Shown piece after piece: positions 59,014 to 64,000 of a DNA stretch of 64,000 nt (positions within the stretch are counted from its first letter, which is position 1; each line of letters opens with the position of its first letter). Under the pieces are notes generated by a model, which was not told the DNA's origin, ran no database searches, and saw only the letters and a program-made list of their open reading frames with translations. Origin of the DNA: Candidatus Woesebacteria bacterium (GTDB lineage: Bacteria; Patescibacteriota; Microgenomatia; UBA8517); the NCBI GenBank assembly GCA_013374835.1, contig CP055307.1, positions 146,622 through 210,621 of the forward strand, given 5' to 3'. A program made the position numbers and the translations under genes.

Positions 59014-60250
59014 TTTTTAAAAACAGGTTAAAGTTTATAAAAATTATCTATTTCATTTTTCTTTTGATACCGGCATTTTTAGTACTTTCTCCCGAGAAAA
59101 AGACGTCTCTATCCTATCAAATGGGGCAATTATCAGGAGCCCTTGCAATTACAATGATTTCAGTCCAGTTTGTACTTTCATCAAGGTTTAGATTTTTAGA
59201 AAAATCCATAGGCTACGATAAATTAATTAGACTCCATTCCCAAAATGCGAGGTTTATACTTCTTTTTGTACTGCTGCATCCGCTTTTCCTTTTTTCGGCA
59301 ATAACCCCTTTCACGCTTGATTATTGGCAAGGCAAGCTTGCCCTAACACTTATTTTAATAGTAGCCATTACAAGCATTTATTCCGATAAGCTTAACTACG
59401 AAAAGTGGAAAGTTATTCATAAATTAACCTATCTTATAGTTTTTTTAGGTTTCTTACATAGCTTTACCGAAGGATCCGATATCGTTTCTCAAAGCCCGTT
59501 TTACTATTGGTGGCTTTTTCTTATGTTCTTAGTCGTAGTCTCCGTCACACACAGATTTAAAAAGCTTTATTTTAATAAAAATATTTATGAAGTAGTTGAT
59601 ATTAGAAAAGAAACAAACTCGGGCGGACTATCAGTCTTAGACCCCTAAATGGCAAATTATTCAATTACAAGCCTGCCCAATTCGCTTTCGTTACTTTTTA
59701 CTCCTATGCTTTGCCGAAAGAAGAGCATCATTTTACAATAACATCCATGCCTAGGGAGGAGACTCTTTCCTTTACCATCAAAGAATCGGGAGATTTTACT
59801 TCAAAGCTCGGACTTCTTAAAAAGGGAGATAAAGCAAAGGTCGACGGTCCCTACGGAGCATTAAGCGAAAGCCTTGGAGAAGATAGCGCGCTTTTTATAG
59901 CGGCAGGGATTGGGATAACTCCAATCAAAAACCTCCTTTCTAAAGGCTCAAAGCTTATCTACGCCGTCAAAAATGAAAAAGAAATAGTCTTTAAGGATTT
60001 TTTGGAAAAAAAAGCTAAAAAAAATGAAATCGATCTTGTTTACGTTTTTTCTCGTAAACTATCCCCAAACAACGAATTCAAAGCCTACAAAGGTCATATA
60101 GATAAAAAAATTCTTGAAAAAGAAATCAACGGTTTTAAAAAGGTGGTTTTGGTAGCTCCTCCTGCGTTAGTTAAAGCTTTAAAAAAAGATTTAATATCTC
60201 TCGGGGTCAAAAAAACAAATATCTTCATAGAAATATTCTCCCTAAAGTAA
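59010..60250 (+). pseudogene. Ferric-reductase-like transmembrane FAD/NAD(P)H oxidoreductase split by a 1-nt frameshift near 59620
   Basis: Upstream frame has TM His pairs and ends ..RKETNS; the -1 frame is open from 59606 and continues RTISLRP..YKPAQF..EEHHFTITS..DGPYG..AAGIGITP. Confidence 0.8.
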
Positions 60251-60302
60251 GTGCTTGTTGACTTATTCGTATTTTTCTTTGTATAGTGGGAAGCGTCAAC
60301 CT

Positions 60303-60623
60303 ATGGCATTAATAGACATAACGGATCAAGATTTTCAGGAAAAAGTATTAAATTCAGATACTCCAGTATTGATAGATTTCTGGGCTCCATGGTGCGGACC
60401 GTGCAAAATGGCAGCTCCCGCCCTCGAAGAACTTTCCGAGACCTATAAAGATAAAGTCAAATTCTTGAAAATAAATGTTGACGAAAACCAAACAAATGCG
60501 TCAAGCCTTGGCGTCATGTCTATTCCCACAACCATTTTGTTCAATCAAGGAAAAGAGATAGGAAGACAAATTGGCTTTGCAGGCAAGCAAGCATTCGAGG
60601 ATTTACTAAAGAAAATAAATTAA
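60303..60623 (+). CDS. trxA: Thioredoxin
   Basis: DFWAPWCGPC, SIPT; start reassigned to MALID. Confidence 0.96.
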   Translation: MALIDITDQDFQEKVLNSDTPVLIDFWAPWCGPCKMAAPALEELSETYKDKVKFLKINVDENQTNASSLGVMSIPTTILFNQGKEIGRQIGFAGKQAFEDLLKKIN

Positions 60624-60657
60624 ATCTGTTAATATAAAATCAAAGGGGGTGATAAAA

Positions 60658-60966
60658 ATGGTATACGACGATACTCAAAATCCAACCTCTCCAGCATCGA
60701 ACATAGGTAGTGGAGTGCCTCAGTCGACAGAACCGGCTGCACAAACCCCACAATACCCATCTCAAGCAAGTCAGACTCAAGTAATGGCAGATGAGCCAAC
60801 GGCGCCGGAAGTGCCTGTTACTGGCTCCGCAACCACACCCGAGCCAACACAGCCAGTTGAGCCGCAGCCAACTGCGAACATGGGTGGTTCAATGCAGGAA
60901 CCCACAATGCCTTCTCAAAGTAGCGATGAAGACACAAACACGGGAGGTACGGGTTCGCAAGCATAA
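60658..60966 (+). CDS. Acidic Pro/Thr/Gln-rich intrinsically disordered protein
   Basis: 102 aa after SD AAGGGGGTGA; low complexity. Confidence 0.65.
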   Translation: MVYDDTQNPTSPASNIGSGVPQSTEPAAQTPQYPSQASQTQVMADEPTAPEVPVTGSATTPEPTQPVEPQPTANMGGSMQEPTMPSQSSDEDTNTGGTGSQA

Positions 60967-60987
60967 ATGGCAATTTTTGTTTATTAA

Positions 60988-61015
60988 ACGAAGCGGGCAA
61001 GTTTGCTCGCTTCGT
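60988..61015. other. GC-rich stem-loop between the disordered-protein gene and trxB
   Basis: ACGAAGCGGGCAA-GT-TTGCTCGCTTCGT; no U-tract on the plus strand. Confidence 0.55.
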
Positions 61016-61026
61016 AAACTACAATT

Positions 61027-62001
61027 ATGAATGATTTTTTTGCACCAAAACCTAAAGAAAATGAGCCCTGGGACACTGCTATTATAGGTTCAGGCCCTGC
61101 TGGATTAACAGCCGCAATCTATTTAACGCGCGGCGCAGCCTCAACCATTCTTTTTGCCGGAGATCAATGGGGAGGCCAATTAATGCTTACAACTCAAGTT
61201 GACAATTATCCGGGCTTTCCTGAAGGAATTCTGGGGCCGGATCTCATGAGTAAAATACGCTCTCAAGCCGCTCGTTTTGGTACCGAAATAATCGAACAAA
61301 ACGTTACTTCTTTAGAAAAAAAAGACAAAATTTTTATTATCAAAGCCGGCGAAAAGAATTTTTTTTCCAAATCAGTCATAATTACAACAGGCGCTAAAAC
61401 ACGCTGGCTCGAGGTACCGGGCGAAGAGAAACTAAGAGGAAGAGGTGTGAGCTCTTGCGCTCCCTGTGATGCACCTTTTTTTAAAGACAAAAAAGTAGCA
61501 GTAATCGGGGGAGGAGATTCAGCAATGGAGGAAGCCTTGGTTCTTACAAAATACGCATCTGAAGTGACCATAATCCACAGAAGAGAAGAATTCAAAGCTT
61601 CCCAGGCAATGCAAAAAAAAGTAATGAGTAACGAGAAAATCAAAATAGTTTGGAATAGCGAAGTAGTGGAATTTATAGGCGAAACGAATCTGGAAAAAAT
61701 TAAAATAAAAAACACATTAACACAAAAAGAAAAAGAAATTGATTTTGAAGGAGCTTTTGTGGCAATAGGCCATGATCCCGCAAGCGAAATATTCAAGGGA
61801 CTACTTGAGCTCGATGAAAAAGGCTATATCAAAAAATTTGAAAAAAATGGCTTCAAAACCGCAACAAGTCAAAAGGGTATCTTTGTTGCAGGAGACGTGC
61901 ACGACTCTCATTATCGTCAGGCAATAACAGCAGCAGGCTTTGGCTGTATGGCAGCAATGGATGCGCTAAATTATTTAGATAAAGATACTCCGTCTTGGTA
62001 A
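61027..62001 (+). CDS. trxB: Thioredoxin reductase
   Basis: IIGSGPAG, GGQL, CAPCD, GGGDSAMEEA, HRR, AGDV, QAITAAG. Confidence 0.97.
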   Translation: MNDFFAPKPKENEPWDTAIIGSGPAGLTAAIYLTRGAASTILFAGDQWGGQLMLTTQVDNYPGFPEGILGPDLMSKIRSQAARFGTEIIEQNVTSLEKKDKIFIIKAGEKNFFSKSVIITTGAKTRWLEVPGEEKLRGRGVSSCAPCDAPFFKDKKVAVIGGGDSAMEEALVLTKYASEVTIIHRREEFKASQAMQKKVMSNEKIKIVWNSEVVEFIGETNLEKIKIKNTLTQKEKEIDFEGAFVAIGHDPASEIFKGLLELDEKGYIKKFEKNGFKTATSQKGIFVAGDVHDSHYRQAITAAGFGCMAAMDALNYLDKDTPSW

Positions 62002-62007
62002 GAAAAA

Positions 62008-62535
62008 TTAGTTTAAATTTTCAAGAATTTTATAAGAAACTACCGCAGCACTTCCCCAGACGTTAAATGATTTATTAATCCCAAGCATAGGAAGCTCCAC
62101 TATCATATCAGCCATTTGAAGAATCTTACCTGAAATACCCCTTGATTCATGCCCGAGAACAAGGGCAACTGGAAAGTCTAGCTTTAAATTTTTGTAGCTA
62201 ACAGATTTTGGATCTTGCTCAATCGCAATTATTTGGTATTTATTATTTTTAAGCTCGGTTATTACTTCTATCGAACTATCCCGTTTTTCCCAAGGAACCC
62301 AGTTTTCAGTACCTACCGCTGCTTTATGAATTCTTGTAGATGGCGGGTACTCCATCTCGCCACAAAGATACATTTTTCTGGCGGCGATAGCATCCGCAAG
62401 CCTAAATAAACTTCCTATATTATATGTATCAAGTATTTCATCCAGCACAAAAACGATCGGATTTCTCTTGATCTTTTTTATATCTTTCTCGCTTGGCAAA
62501 GAAATTCTAAGCTCTGCTGCATTCTTTTTTTTCAT
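62008..62535 (-). CDS. TrmH/SpoU family RNA methyltransferase
   Basis: YNIGSLFR.AD, LGHE..G, LPM.G...S.NV. Confidence 0.9.
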   Translation of the reverse strand: MKKKNAAELRISLPSEKDIKKIKRNPIVFVLDEILDTYNIGSLFRLADAIAARKMYLCGEMEYPPSTRIHKAAVGTENWVPWEKRDSSIEVITELKNNKYQIIAIEQDPKSVSYKNLKLDFPVALVLGHESRGISGKILQMADMIVELPMLGINKSFNVWGSAAVVSYKILENLN

Positions 62536-62588
62536 CACGCTATTATATCAGACTTCAATAATTTTGCGCTCGTGTATAATAATACTTT

Positions 62589-63533
62589 GTGATGCTGGAA
62601 AAGATAATAGAAGTAAAAAAACTTGTCAAAAAATATAAAAAAGCAAACAAACCGGCTGTAGATAGTATAACCTTTGACGTCAAAAAGGGAGAATTTTTTG
62701 CGCTCCTGGGTCCAAACGGGGCAGGAAAAACAACGATAATCTCGATTCTTACAACGATTCTTAATAAATCTGGCGGAGAAGTAAAAATAGTTGGTTTTGA
62801 TATCGATAAAGAGGCCGATAAAATTAGAAAAAATATAGGAATAATTTTCCAAAACCCTAGTCTTGATTTAAATCTTACAGCAGAAGAAAATATTCGTTTT
62901 CATGCCCTTATATACGGTCTTTACCCATTCCGCCCTTCTTTTTCTCTGATGCCCGAAGAATATCGCCGAGAAGTTTTCAAACTCGCAGAAATAATAGGTA
63001 TTAAAAAAGATATTGTAAAACCGGTCAAAACATTTTCGGGCGGCATGAAAAGAAAACTGGAAATTGTAAGAAGCCTGATTCACAAACCCAAAATACTCTT
63101 TCTTGACGAACCAACCTCCGGTCTCGATCCGGTAAGCAGAAGAAATCTTTGGAAATACCTTCAGGATATTAGAAAAAGATATAAAACAACTATTTTTCTC
63201 ACAACGCACTATCTGGAGGAAGCGGAGGATGCGGATAGGATTTTAATTATTGATCGCGGAAAAATTGTAACTCTTGGAACTCCGGCCAAAATAAAAAAAG
63301 AATTGATAGATAGTTCAATCATACTAAATGCGAAAGACAAAGCTGCTTTAAAATCCGAGCTAGATGCTATGAAATTAGATTATGAAGGACACGGACCTTT
63401 CAAAATCAAATTGAATGGGAAAAATCCCCAAAAAATAATCAAATCCATAAGGTCAGATCTTACTTATCTTGATATTAATAACCCAAAGCTTGAAGACGCA
63501 TATCTTAAATTAATAGCAAAAGGAATCAAATGA
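62589..63533 (+). CDS. ABC transporter ATP-binding protein (DrrA-like exporter)
   Basis: GPNGAGKTT, FSGGMKR, LDEPTSGLD, TTHY. Confidence 0.95.
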   Translation: MMLEKIIEVKKLVKKYKKANKPAVDSITFDVKKGEFFALLGPNGAGKTTIISILTTILNKSGGEVKIVGFDIDKEADKIRKNIGIIFQNPSLDLNLTAEENIRFHALIYGLYPFRPSFSLMPEEYRREVFKLAEIIGIKKDIVKPVKTFSGGMKRKLEIVRSLIHKPKILFLDEPTSGLDPVSRRNLWKYLQDIRKRYKTTIFLTTHYLEEAEDADRILIIDRGKIVTLGTPAKIKKELIDSSIILNAKDKAALKSELDAMKLDYEGHGPFKIKLNGKNPQKIIKSIRSDLTYLDINNPKLEDAYLKLIAKGIK

Positions 63534-64000
63534 TTAATCAAATTACAGCTATTCTTACAATCGCACAAAGAGATTTTACAAAGCTTTTGAGGGACCGTGC
63601 CCGTATTTTGGCAACATTTATATTTCCATTTCTTTTTATAGGAATTCTTGGCACAAGCCTTGAGTCAAACCTCCCACCGAATATCGGTTATAGCTTTAAA
63701 GTGTTCGTATTTACGGGTGTTCTTGCCCAAACTCTTTTCCAATCAACCGCTTCAGGAATAATTTCTTTAATAGAGGATAGGGAAAACGACTTTTCTCAGG
63801 AGATCTTTGTTTCTCCAATATCAAGATATTCAATAATTATTGGAAAAATATTGGGCGAAACAGCAGTTTCAATGGCGCAGGGTTTAGGTATAATTGCCTT
63901 TGGCTTACTAATAGGTATACCGCTTTCTTTGGAAAAGCTTACTTTCATGTTCCCAGCGGGGTTAATGGCATGTCTTTTTGGCGGTGCATTCGGGATTTTA
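63530..64000 (+). CDS. ABC-2 type permease, 3'-truncated by window edge (not in ORF track)
   Basis: ATG 63530 MINQITAILTIAQRDFTKLLRDRAR...EDRENDFSQEIFVSPISR..IIIGK; open to the window end. Confidence 0.88.
   Translation, partial: MINQITAILTIAQRDFTKLLRDRARILATFIFPFLFIGILGTSLESNLPPNIGYSFKVFVFTGVLAQTLFQSTASGIISLIEDRENDFSQEIFVSPISRYSIIIGKILGETAVSMAQGLGIIAFGLLIGIPLSLEKLTFMFPAGLMACLFGGAFGIL

Noticed and set aside
60791-61030. Alternative-frame 79-aa ORF overlapping the disordered protein
   Set aside because: No SD or promoter; the 60658 frame has the strong SD
1-64000. Alternative genetic code (TGA as Gly, as in Gracilibacteria/Absconditabacteria)
   Set aside because: Conserved genes are full length under code 11 and several end in TGA at the expected position (tpiA, trpS, ftsH)
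1-64000. CRISPR array, rRNA, riboswitch or retron
   Set aside because: No regularly spaced 25-45 nt repeats, no long non-coding stretch and no reverse transcriptase; no cobalamin riboswitch was recognised before nrdJ

Overview
AT-rich, gene-dense 64 kb bacterial chromosome segment read in the standard genetic code (TGA is a stop). The gene set points to a Patescibacteria/CPR genome, probably Microgenomates; this is inference from the archaeal-type TpiA, split transketolase, stand-alone 5'-3' exonuclease, ATP-dependent ligase, class II RNR and VirD4-like ATPase. In order, the window holds: groES-groEL with a CIRCE operator; an M23 peptidase; a 1.1 kb IS481-like element; two unannotated microproteins; a glycolysis/pentose-phosphate cluster with an embedded LOG-family gene; two class A PBPs; a HEPN plus CPBP protease pair; nrdR-nrdJ-pduO with tandem NrdR boxes; tRNA-Ile(UAU); a Xer-like recombinase; two CAU tRNAs; trpS; ftsH; DNA repair genes; Fic; ion transporters; an alpha-glucan GT4/GH57/GH15/ROK cluster; a frameshifted ferric-reductase-like gene; trxA/trxB; and an ABC-2 exporter. 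No CRISPR array, rRNA or prophage was seen. The most notable signals are widespread apparently leaderless genes together with a non-canonical initiator-like tRNA, tRNA-Ile(UAU), a candidate HEPN-Abi defence or toxin-antitoxin pair, heptamer repeats inside coding sequences, and a 40-aa zinc-finger microprotein. All calls come from reading motifs by eye; no database search was run.
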